The notes below the pieces were generated by a model. It saw only the letters and a program-made list of their open reading frames with translations, made no database searches and was not told the origin of the DNA. DNA of 55,825 nt, from positions 1 to 55,825 of the forward strand of contig CAZLPF010000005.1 in NCBI GenBank assembly GCA_964561365.1, read 5' to 3'. The position numbers and the translations under genes were made by a program. This document shows positions 47,389-55,501 of this stretch, piece by piece. Source of the stretch: an uncultured Candidatus Saccharibacteria bacterium (lineage in GTDB: Bacteria; Patescibacteriota; Doudnabacteria; UBA920). Numbering within the stretch: the first letter of the stretch is position 1; each line of letters opens with the position of its first letter.

Positions 47389-47470
47389 GGTTCCTCCTGA
47401 AGGTTCCAACTTCCAGCCCGCTATGCATTTCGAGCTGGAAAAGGGAGGGGAGGTTTTATAAGCTTGCCAG
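47389..47470 (-). repeat. Repeated intergenic element, copy B (lacks first hairpin)
   Basis: CCCCTCCCTTTTCCAGCTCG-AAATGCATAG-CGGGCTGGAAGTTGGAACCTTCAGGAGG. Confidence 0.75.
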
Positions 47471-47490
47471 TTCGTTTTATTTGAAAAGAA

Positions 47491-47626
47491 ATAGTACCAT
47501 AAATGCGTATTAAGGTCAATAATACTGACTTAATAAAACTAAAAATTATCTTTTAAATAAAAGCTTTTTTCTATAATTAAACAATTTGTCAGAAATATTG
47601 ACAGAAAATGAAAATAAGAATATACT
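47491..47626. promoter_or_regulatory. Divergent sigma70 promoters with palindromic operator candidates (cassette 2)
   Basis: Minus: TTGACC-17-TACTAT. Plus: TTGACA-17-TATACT. GGTCA-N7-TGACT and TGTCA-N7-TGACA. Confidence 0.75.
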
Positions 47627-47632
47627 GTAAAT

Positions 47633-48394
47633 ATGGAAATTACTGAGGTTTTGGGACGGGCTGGGCTGGGTGAAAAAGAGGCGAGCGTTTACCTTGCCCT
47701 TTTAGAGCTGGGTACGTCGTCGGTAAACCCAGTTGCCGCAAAAGCCGGCATCAAGCGGCCGACGGCCTACCTCATACTCGACCAACTCAGCCACCAGGGG
47801 CTCGTCAGCGCAGTGCCGCACTCAAAGAAAGTCCTCTATACGGCCGAGAGTCCGGAGCGGATCCTTTCGGAAATGGGCAAGCGCGAGGAGCTGCTCAAGA
47901 GGTTCATGCCGAACCTGCTCGCCCTCTACAACGAGAAGAAAGAAAAGCCGCAGGTGCGGCTGTTCGAGGGGAAGGAAGGCATTGCCAAGGTTTACCAGCA
48001 CATCTACGCGGCCAAGACGGTAAACTTTTTCGGCACCGTGCGCGAGGCGCTCAAGTACGACCCCGAAGACTTGTGGGAGTTCGTTGAGCGTACCCACCGG
48101 GAAGCCATGCACGTGCGCGACCTCCTGTTCCGCACCCCGGAAGACTACGAGTACGCGAAGAAGGCTCGGAACAGCAAGAACTACCAGATCCGTTTTCTGC
48201 CCGAAAGCACGAGGGTCATGACCGACAACGCCATTTTCGGGGACTCCATAGCGTTCTTTTCTTTCCACCCGCAAATTTTTGCGGTGGTCATTGAGAGCCG
48301 CGAGATTGCGGCGGCGGTGCGCTCCCTCTACGAGCTCGCGTGGGCCGGGGCCGAACCGCTCGAGGCGGTGCTCGGGTCGCAGTCCGTCAAATAA
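47633..48394 (+). CDS. TrmB-family winged-helix transcriptional regulator (paralog of 44834)
   Basis: GLGEKEASVYLALLELG...GIKRPTAYLILDQL, KPQVRLFEGKEGI. Confidence 0.88.
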   Translation: MEITEVLGRAGLGEKEASVYLALLELGTSSVNPVAAKAGIKRPTAYLILDQLSHQGLVSAVPHSKKVLYTAESPERILSEMGKREELLKRFMPNLLALYNEKKEKPQVRLFEGKEGIAKVYQHIYAAKTVNFFGTVREALKYDPEDLWEFVERTHREAMHVRDLLFRTPEDYEYAKKARNSKNYQIRFLPESTRVMTDNAIFGDSIAFFSFHPQIFAVVIESREIAAAVRSLYELAWAGAEPLEAVLGSQSVK

Positions 48395-48425
48395 AAATCC
48401 CCGCCACTGGCGGGGATTTTTATTT
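48389..48425. terminator. Bidirectional terminator-like palindrome with CCGCCA-C-TGGCGG core
   Basis: 18-bp perfect arms overlapping both stop codons. Confidence 0.8.
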
Positions 48426-50486
48426 CTTGATTCGCTTCTTACCCGAGAGCTTCGCGAGCTTCTTGACCTCCGCGATGCGGTCGCGGATTTGGGCCGCCGT
48501 TTCAAACTCCAAGTTCCGCGAGGACAGATCCATTTGCTCGCCGAGCTCTTCGAGGTAGAAGCGGACTTCGTCACCCGAGAGCCTCGAGACGTCGACATCG
48601 GCGTGCGCAAAGTACTCGGGTTCTACCGCCGCTTTGCTGCCGGCCAGGCGCGAGTCCTGAATGCGCTTCCGAATAGACTGCGGGGTAATGCCGTGGTCGG
48701 CGTTGTACTGCTCTTGAACTTTGCGCCGCCGGGTCGTTTCGTCTATGGCCGCCTGCATGGACCGGGTAACGCGGTCGGCGTAGAGGACCGCGTGGCCCCC
48801 GAGGTGGCGGGCGGCGCGGCCCATCATTTGCATGAAGAAGGTTTCACTGCGGAGGAACCCCTCTTTGTCGGCGTCGAGTATGGCTACGAGCGAGACTTCG
48901 GGAAGGTCGAGCCCCTCGCGGAGGAGGTTGATGCCGACCAGTACGTCGTAGACCCCGAGGCGCAGGTCGCGGAGAATCTCGAGCCGGTCGAACGTTTCCA
49001 CGTCCGAGTGGATGTAGGCGACCTTGATGTTCGCCTCTTTCAGGTACTCGGTCAGCTCTTCGGCCATGCGCTTGGTCAGCGTGGCAACGAGCACGCGCTC
49101 GTGCGCGGCAATGCGTTCGCGGATGCGTTCGCCGAGGTCGTCGACCTGGTTCTTTATGGGCTTTATCTCAATGGTCGGATCGAGGAGCCCCGTGGGCCGG
49201 ACAATCTGTTCGAGCACGGCCGGGGTTTTCTTGAGGCTCGCCTCGCTCACCGACTTGCCCTTGGCATCGACGTTCTCGGCCAGGCTCTTACGGATTTCGT
49301 ACGGCGCCGGCGTGGCTGAAACGTACACCGCCTGGCCGACCTTGCCCTCGAACTCTGAAAACCTGAGGGGGCGGTTGTCGAGCGCGCTCGGCAGGCGGAA
49401 GCCGTAGTCGACGAGGTTCATTTTCCGCGAGCGGTCGCCCTCGTACATGGCGCCGATCTGCGGAATAGTCTGGTGCGACTCGTCTATGAACAGCAGGAAG
49501 TCGTCGGGGAAGTAGTCAATGAGCGTGGATGGCGGCTCGCCCACGCTTCGGCCGTCGAGGTGCCTCGAGTAGTTCTCAATGCCGGCCACGAAGCCGGTGT
49601 TCGTGAGCATCTCGAGGTCGAAGTTCGTGCGCTGCTCGAGCCGCGCGGCTTCTAAAATTTTCCCTTCGCCCCGCAGCACGTTCAGCCGCTCGGCGAGCTC
49701 TTCGCGGACCTTTTCAGCCGCTTCTTTGAGCTGCTCTTCGGGGGCCACGAAGTGCTTCGCCGGAAAAATGGTGAACCCAGGAAGCTCCTCGAGAATTTTC
49801 CGGCTCACCGCGTCCTGGCGCTCTATTTTTTCAATCTCGTCGCCGAAGAACTCGAGGCGGATGACCGTGTCTTCGGACGAGAGGATAATTTCGACGGTGT
49901 CGCCCTGGGCGCGGAACGTGCCGCGGTGGAGGTCCACGTCGTTGCGCTGGTACTGCAGGTCGGTCAGGCGGCGGAGGAGCTTGTCGCGCTTCACGCTCTG
50001 GCCACGCTTGAGTTCGAAGGACAGGTCGAGGTAGTTGGCCGGGTTGCCGAGGCCGTAGATGCAGGAGACCGAAGCCACAATGAGCACGTCGCGTCGCGAG
50101 AGCAGGGCCTGGGTCGCGGCGTTCCTGAGGCGGTCAATTTCTTCGTTGATTTGCGTTTCCTTTTCAATGTAGGTGTCCGAGCGGGGGATGTAGGCCTCGG
50201 GCTGGTAGTAGTCGTAGTAGGAAACGAAGTAGTGGACCGCGTTATCGGGGAAAAATTCTTGGAACTCGCTCGCGAGCTGGGCGGCGAGCGTTTTGTTGTG
50301 GCAAATGACGAGCGTCGGCTTCTGGAGCTTTTCCACGACGTTGGCCATGGTAAAGGTCTTGCCCGAGCCCGTGACCCCGAGGAGCGTTTGGTGCTTGCGG
50401 CCCGCGGCGAGCGAAGCCACGAGCCCGGTAATGGCCCGCGGCTGATCGCCGGACGGCTCAAACGGTGAAGAAATCTTGAAATCCAT
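48420..50486 (-). CDS. uvrB: Excinuclease ABC subunit B
   Basis: [38 protein letters not shown]-terminal UVR coil. Confidence 0.99.
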   Translation of the reverse strand: MDFKISSPFEPSGDQPRAITGLVASLAAGRKHQTLLGVTGSGKTFTMANVVEKLQKPTLVICHNKTLAAQLASEFQEFFPDNAVHYFVSYYDYYQPEAYIPRSDTYIEKETQINEEIDRLRNAATQALLSRRDVLIVASVSCIYGLGNPANYLDLSFELKRGQSVKRDKLLRRLTDLQYQRNDVDLHRGTFRAQGDTVEIILSSEDTVIRLEFFGDEIEKIERQDAVSRKILEELPGFTIFPAKHFVAPEEQLKEAAEKVREELAERLNVLRGEGKILEAARLEQRTNFDLEMLTNTGFVAGIENYSRHLDGRSVGEPPSTLIDYFPDDFLLFIDESHQTIPQIGAMYEGDRSRKMNLVDYGFRLPSALDNRPLRFSEFEGKVGQAVYVSATPAPYEIRKSLAENVDAKGKSVSEASLKKTPAVLEQIVRPTGLLDPTIEIKPIKNQVDDLGERIRERIAAHERVLVATLTKRMAEELTEYLKEANIKVAYIHSDVETFDRLEILRDLRLGVYDVLVGINLLREGLDLPEVSLVAILDADKEGFLRSETFFMQMMGRAARHLGGHAVLYADRVTRSMQAAIDETTRRRKVQEQYNADHGITPQSIRKRIQDSRLAGSKAAVEPEYFAHADVDVSRLSGDEVRFYLEELGEQMDLSSRNLEFETAAQIRDRIAEVKKLAKLSGKKRIKK

Positions 50487-50524
50487 GTTCTTTCAGTGTA
50501 CCGGTTTTCGTTCGTAAGTTGAAT

Positions 50525-50560
50525 AGAAAGAGAACGAGCCGACCCGGGGGGTCGGCTCGT
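50525..50560 (-). terminator. Intrinsic terminator of the putative large ncRNA
   Basis: ACGAGCCGACCC-loop-GGGTCGGCTCGT followed by TCTCTTTCT on the minus strand. Confidence 0.75.
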
Positions 50561-51217
50561 GGTTCGCGCAGGAGGAGGATGACTAGCGCGGCGGATGAAC
50601 TTGGCAGCAGGTGAGGGGATCACACCCCTCGTTCAGCCGCTCGGGCTGATTCCCGTGGCGGGAAACCTGCTAGAAGGAACCTCCTTAGAACTGGCGGGCA
50701 AACAGCGGGCATCACACAACCCACCTGAGCGGCGGGTTTCCGCCAGACGAAGCCTCGTGTTTGCCCATGAACTTGGAAATGTATCGGGGGACTGCGCTGA
50801 CAACTCGCCCGAAAAAACTACCGCGGTGAAATGAGCGTATGCAGTTTTCTACAGGCCAGGCGGGCCGCTTTCGGCGTAGCGCTAGGGCGGCTGCAGTCCC
50901 CCGACGGAATATTTTACCTCTTCGCCTTCATTCCGTCAATAGGAAAGCGGCGCCCCGGGAGGAGGGGGCGCCGCTTGCTTTCGGAGTCGGAAACGTGGTT
51001 CTGCGGGAAAAATTTCACCGCTGATAGCTTACGCTACATTACCCGCAGTGAACGCGAGCCGCTTCCGTTTCGCGTGGTAGAAACCGCCAGGGAACTACCA
51101 CCTTATTGCATATCCTCCGAAAGATTGTGTAGGCCGAAGGCCCAAAAATTCTGGGCCGGGTGCCCGTAGTACCGAACGGCGTCCGCTCAGCTTACGGGCA
51201 CCCGGACCTCCCCGTTC
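50525..51217 (-). ncRNA. Putative ~690-nt large structured non-coding RNA, class unassigned
   Basis: Flanked by its own promoter and terminator; no credible ORF; more than 12 helices including 12-13 bp perfect stems and long-range domain-closing helices; GNRA-type loops on the minus strand. Confidence 0.75.
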
Positions 51218-51220
51218 CGA

Positions 51221-51272
51221 AACTTTACTTCCATTTAGGGTTTTTGTCAACGCCCGCCCGAACCGGTACAAT
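51221..51272. promoter_or_regulatory. Back-to-back promoters sharing one -35 region (ncRNA and ruvA)
   Basis: Minus: TTGACA(51250-45)-18-TAAAGT. Plus: TTGTCA(51244-49)-17-TACAAT. Confidence 0.65.
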
Positions 51273-51280
51273 CGTTGCGT

Positions 51281-51838
51281 ATGCTCTCGTACCTGAAAGG
51301 CACCGTGCTCGAGAATAACCTCACCTACCTCATCGTGCAAACCGGCGGGGTGGGGTACAAGGTTTTCGTGACGCCCGACCTGCTCGGCAAACAGCGGGGC
51401 GACGAGGTGGCCATGTACACGCACCTGAAAGTCGCCGAGGACGGCCAGAGCCTCTACGGCGTCGCCGACTTCGACTCGCTCAAGCTTTTCGAGCTGCTCA
51501 TTACGGTCTCGGGCGTGGGGCCGAAAGTCGCGCTCGGGGTGCTCTCGGCGCTGCCGGCGGGAACGGTGCGCGACGCCATTGCGAGCCAGGACGCCGGCGT
51601 TTTCACCCGCATCTCGGGCATCGGCAGCAAGACGGCCGAACGGATTATTTTGGACCTCAAGGGCAAGGTCGGGCCGTCTTCGGGCGGTTCTTCCGGCGTG
51701 ACGGGCGAGGTTTTCGACGCGCTCATCGCGCTCGGCTACAACCAGCGCGAGGTTCGCGAAATTGTCGGCAAGCTCGACGGCACCAAGTCGGCCGGCGAGC
51801 AAATCAAGCACGCCCTCCAACTTCTTTCAGGAAAATAA
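51281..51838 (+). CDS. ruvA: Holliday junction branch migration protein RuvA
   Basis: MLSYLKG, GGVGYKV, FELLITVSGVGPK, ISGIGSKTAERIILDL, ALIALGY. Confidence 0.97.
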   Translation: MLSYLKGTVLENNLTYLIVQTGGVGYKVFVTPDLLGKQRGDEVAMYTHLKVAEDGQSLYGVADFDSLKLFELLITVSGVGPKVALGVLSALPAGTVRDAIASQDAGVFTRISGIGSKTAERIILDLKGKVGPSSGGSSGVTGEVFDALIALGYNQREVREIVGKLDGTKSAGEQIKHALQLLSGK

Positions 51839-52867
51839 ATGCAAACTTTCGTGGAATTGGGCGCGGCTGATGCCGGCGAGGTGGCCGGCTTTTTGTCGGC
51901 CAACGGCGGAGCGTTCCACCAGGCGAGCGGCTGGGCGGCCTGGCAGCGGGCGTGGGACAGCAGCCGGGAATCTGTCCGGTACGGCGTCCGCGGCAGCGGC
52001 GGCGAGCTCGTGCTCTACTGCCAGCTGCTCCGCATGCCGCTGCCGCTGGGGTTTTACTACCACTACGCGCCGTACGGACCCGTTACCTCCGCCGCCGCGG
52101 ACGCGGCGACCATAGAGACGTTCACCGGCGGGCTGTGGTCGGTGTTACCCGCGAGCGTCTTTTTTCGCTTCGAACCGCGCAGCACCGACATCGACTGGAA
52201 CCGGTTTGGAAAAAAATCCAAGAACATTCAGCCGGGCCGGACGCTAACGCTGAACATTACGGAAGGCGAAGACGGGCTCCTGGCCGGCATGCACCCGAAG
52301 TGCCGCTACAACGTTGGATTGGCCGGGCGCCACGGCGTGGCCGTTGACTCGGAGTTCGACCCCCAGCCGAACCACGGGCTCTACGCCAAAGAGGCGCTCG
52401 ACCTCATCGTCGGCACGGCCGGGCGGCAGGGCTACCGTACCTTCCCGCGCGCCTACTATGAACGCCTGCTCGACTTTTTTCTGGTGCGACGGCAGGGTGG
52501 GGACGTTAGCGTGCATCTCTACAAAGCTTCGTACCAGAACCAGCTGCTGGCCGCGGCTATTGTCGTGGACTACGCCGGCACCCGCACCTACCTCTTCGGC
52601 GGCTCGTCGTCCGAGCACCGCAGCGTCATGGCCCCGTACCTGCTCCACTGGCGCATGGTGCTAGATGCCAAAGCCTCAGGCCTCAAAACGTACGACTTCG
52701 GCGGGCTGGAGACGGCTTCGGGCACCGAGGAAGGATTTACCCGCTTCAAGCGGGGCTTCGGCGGCAGCGAAGCAGTCTTCGCCGGCGCCTACGACGTGGT
52801 GGCGCGACCGGCTCACTACCGAGCCTACGGTTGGTTGCGGGCGATTAACCGTTCGCTGAATCGATAA
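51839..52867 (+). CDS. FemAB/FemX family peptidoglycan bridge aminoacyltransferase
   Basis: FHQASGW, YAPYGP, HPKCRYNV, YLFGGSS, YDFGG, FKRGFGG. Confidence 0.9.
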   Translation: MQTFVELGAADAGEVAGFLSANGGAFHQASGWAAWQRAWDSSRESVRYGVRGSGGELVLYCQLLRMPLPLGFYYHYAPYGPVTSAAADAATIETFTGGLWSVLPASVFFRFEPRSTDIDWNRFGKKSKNIQPGRTLTLNITEGEDGLLAGMHPKCRYNVGLAGRHGVAVDSEFDPQPNHGLYAKEALDLIVGTAGRQGYRTFPRAYYERLLDFFLVRRQGGDVSVHLYKASYQNQLLAAAIVVDYAGTRTYLFGGSSSEHRSVMAPYLLHWRMVLDAKASGLKTYDFGGLETASGTEEGFTRFKRGFGGSEAVFAGAYDVVARPAHYRAYGWLRAINRSLNR

Positions 52868-52873
52868 ATTTAA

Positions 52874-52901
52874 AAAAAGCCCCGCACGCGCGGGGCTTTT
52901 T
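52874..52901. terminator. Bidirectional intrinsic terminator
   Basis: AAAAAGCCCCGC-ACGC-GCGGGGCTTTTT. Confidence 0.8.
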
Positions 52902-52906
52902 GTCGC

Positions 52907-55501
52907 TTACGTCCTTACGAGGTACTGCCCGTTCTGGAAGTCGACGGTTACCTCGCTGCCGCGTGAGAGTTTCTTTTCCAGAATGAGTTTGGCCACGAAA
53001 CCCTCCACGTGGTCCTGAACGTAGCGCCGCACCGGGCGCGCGCCGAGCAGGGGATCGTAGGCGTTCTTAGCCACGTCGTCGGCCACCGCGTCCGAGAACG
53101 CGACCTTCATGCCCTTCTCGAGGAGCTGTTCGGCCAGGTGCTGGAGCTGCATGCGGGTAATCTGCTTCACCTCGTCGGGCGAGAGCGGCGAGAACAGAAT
53201 AATGCCGTCGAAACGGTTCAGGAGCTCGGGCGCCATGACCTTCAGCAGCGCGCCCCCGAGCAGGTCGGCGCGCATGTCTTCGAGCTTCTTGCCGGCTTTG
53301 ATGCCGGCCTGAATGTCGAGCGCGCCGGCGTTGCTCGTGGCGATGATCATGGAGTGGGTCAGGTCGAGCACCTCGCCGGAGGCCGAGGTCAGGCGGCCGT
53401 CTTCGAGGATTTGCAGGAAGAGGTTGTGGACCTCGTTCGACGCCTTCTCGAACTCGTCGCAGAGCAGCAGGCAGAACGGGTAGGTTTTAATGTGGCGGAC
53501 GAGCGGCGTGTCCTGCGGCGAGCCCTGGGTGCCGATGAGCTTCGCCATTCCCTCGCCGCCACGGTACTCGGACATGTCGAGCCTGAGCAGGTACTCGGCG
53601 CTGCCAAAGTAGCGGACCGAGAGGGCCCGGGCCAGCTCGGTCTTGCCCACGCCGGTGGGGCCGAGGAACAGGAACGAGGCGAGCGGCCGGTTGCCGGAGG
53701 ATAGGCCCGAGCGCGCGCGGCGCAGGGCTTCGGCCACGGCTGCGACGGCCGGTTTCTGGCCAACGACCTGCTCGGCCAAAACCTGCTCGAGGTTCAGGAG
53801 CTTGTCGGTTTCTTCTTCGCCCAAGGTCGCGGTCGGAATGTGGGTGCGCTGGCTCACCACGGCGGCAATATCGTTTTCCGCTATGACGGTGCCCTTGGAC
53901 GCGCGGCTCGCCGCCTCGACGAGCACCGAGATTGCTTTCTCGGGCTGCGCCGGACCGTGGACGTAGGTGTCGGTCAAATCCACCGCCTGCTCGACGGCCG
54001 GGTAGAGGAAGGTCACGCCCTTCTGCGACTCGAGCAGGCTCGCGCGGATGCAGCAGGCGAGCAGCGTTTCGCGCCGGGTCAGGGGTTTTAGCTCAAGGAC
54101 CGTGAACGCCTGGTCGAAGTTCGGCGTTTTGGCAAGAATATCGGACTTTGATTCGATGTTCGAGGTCGCCACGCACGGCAGGCGGACCGAGCCGAGGAAA
54201 TTGACCAGCACGTCGAGCAGCGGGAGGCCGTCGCCGCTGCTGGCGCGCGCGAGCTGCTCCACGTCCTCGAGCACGAGGACGATGTTGCCGGACTTGACCG
54301 CTTCGTGGAGCGCCCCGAGGAGCACCGCGTCGGGCTTGCCCTTGCTGCCCAAAATTCCGGCGACCTCGAGCTTGACGAGCCGGCGGTCCTGGAGCGCGGC
54401 CGGGACCTGCTCGGCGGCCATGGCGTACGCGAGTTCGTTTACGAGCGTGCTGCGGCCGCTCCCCTGGCTGCCGAGGACGAGCACGCCGCGCGACTCGGAG
54501 AGGAGCTTCAGCATTTCGGCGAGGTCGCGGTGGCGGCCGTACGCTACCGGGAGCTGGCCGTACTTGGCGCGTGAGGTCAGATCTTGGCTGTACTGGTCGA
54601 GGTAGGGCGTGGGCACCGCGGTCATGCCGCGGCTCATGCCGCTGTCGGGCTTCGTGCGCGAGAGGCTCCGCAGCAGCTTTACGTCGTCGGATAGTACCTG
54701 AATCTGGAGGAGCCAGGACGCGAGCGTTTCGAGCCGCTCCTGCGAAAGGTTCAGGTTAAAGAAGGTCGCCTTTACGATGTGCTTGTCCGGTACGGTCTCG
54801 GCAATGGTGCACATGAGCACGAGCGGGTCCACGCTCTTCGTCCGCAGCGCAATAGCTTTCTGGAACACTCGGAACGGTAGCTCGTCGAGCAGCCCCTCGG
54901 CTTCGGGCGCGTCCTTGGCGAGCTTCGCGTAGTTGCCGATAACGGCCGCAATGTCCCGCGGCGCTACCCCGAGCCGGAGGAACGCGACCTGGACGACGTT
55001 CGTGTTGCAGAGCGAAAGGAAGAGGTCGGTCGCCGTGGGCGTTTCGTGGCTGCGGGCTTTCGCGAGCGGCAGGCTTTCGTTCCAAGCAATTTTTGCGCTC
55101 TCGGAGAACAGGCTGTAGACGTCCACCTCGCCGCTACCGTCACCGTCGTAGCGGAGGAGGTTGGTGCCGGCGGCGTCTATCTCCTGCTGCTTCGACTTTG
55201 CCCAGAGGTACAAACCGGCAAGAACGCCGGCCCAGAACAGGAGGTTCAGAACCGACCGGTGCAGGAAGAACAGAGAATCGCCGCGCTCGTAGCCGAAGAA
55301 CGCCACGGCCGAGCCCGAGGCCACCGCTACCGCGACCAAGGCCCAGAGCCCGATGCTGAAAGCCTGACCGGTTCGCTTGAGCGAACGTTCGGCCACCGCC
55401 CGCGCGGTGCTGAACGTGCCGGAGAAGGTCAGGAGCCGTCCGCCGAGCTCCGCGGTTTTCGGCCAGCCCCCGGGGGAATTTTTGAAAGACAGTTCGGGCA
55501 T
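52907..55501 (-). CDS. ClpA/ClpB-like two-ring AAA+ ATPase with N-terminal TM helices (864 aa)
   Basis: Start at ATG 55501 (TAATG overlap with the upstream gene); NBD1 GSQGSGRST; NBD2 GPTGVGKTE, RLDMSEY, CDEFEKA, PELLNRFD, GARPVRR. Confidence 0.9.
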   Translation of the reverse strand: MPELSFKNSPGGWPKTAELGGRLLTFSGTFSTARAVAERSLKRTGQAFSIGLWALVAVAVASGSAVAFFGYERGDSLFFLHRSVLNLLFWAGVLAGLYLWAKSKQQEIDAAGTNLLRYDGDGSGEVDVYSLFSESAKIAWNESLPLAKARSHETPTATDLFLSLCNTNVVQVAFLRLGVAPRDIAAVIGNYAKLAKDAPEAEGLLDELPFRVFQKAIALRTKSVDPLVLMCTIAETVPDKHIVKATFFNLNLSQERLETLASWLLQIQVLSDDVKLLRSLSRTKPDSGMSRGMTAVPTPYLDQYSQDLTSRAKYGQLPVAYGRHRDLAEMLKLLSESRGVLVLGSQGSGRSTLVNELAYAMAAEQVPAALQDRRLVKLEVAGILGSKGKPDAVLLGALHEAVKSGNIVLVLEDVEQLARASSGDGLPLLDVLVNFLGSVRLPCVATSNIESKSDILAKTPNFDQAFTVLELKPLTRRETLLACCIRASLLESQKGVTFLYPAVEQAVDLTDTYVHGPAQPEKAISVLVEAASRASKGTVIAENDIAAVVSQRTHIPTATLGEEETDKLLNLEQVLAEQVVGQKPAVAAVAEALRRARSGLSSGNRPLASFLFLGPTGVGKTELARALSVRYFGSAEYLLRLDMSEYRGGEGMAKLIGTQGSPQDTPLVRHIKTYPFCLLLCDEFEKASNEVHNLFLQILEDGRLTSASGEVLDLTHSMIIATSNAGALDIQAGIKAGKKLEDMRADLLGGALLKVMAPELLNRFDGIILFSPLSPDEVKQITRMQLQHLAEQLLEKGMKVAFSDAVADDVAKNAYDPLLGARPVRRYVQDHVEGFVAKLILEKKLSRGSEVTVDFQNGQYLVRT

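Noticed and set aside
44088-47470. The repeated element as a CRISPR array or classical integron attC sites
   Set aside because: Copies are too divergent, spacing is gene-sized, no cas genes or integrase are in the window, and the RYYYAAC/GTTRRRY core pair is absent.
50579-50614. Plus-strand mini-ORF MTSAADELGSR after AGGAGGAGG
   Set aside because: Only 11 aa with no plus-strand promoter seen; the SD-like run is more simply the complement of the RNA's C-rich tract.
50595-51169. ORFs 50595-50834 and 50831-51169 as proteins
   Set aside because: No recognisable motifs or RBS, and they are antisense to a promoter/terminator-bounded structured region.
50525-51217. The large RNA as tmRNA, RNase P RNA, or a group I/II intron
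   Set aside because: No tRNA-like GGGGxUG...UCCACCA ends or T-loop, no GAGGAAAGUCC, no convincing group II domain V or group I P7, and it does not interrupt a gene. A formal Rfam scan is still needed.
460-51838. ruvA, ruvB and ruvC at three separate loci
   Set aside because: Dispersal of ruv genes is common and not informative by itself.
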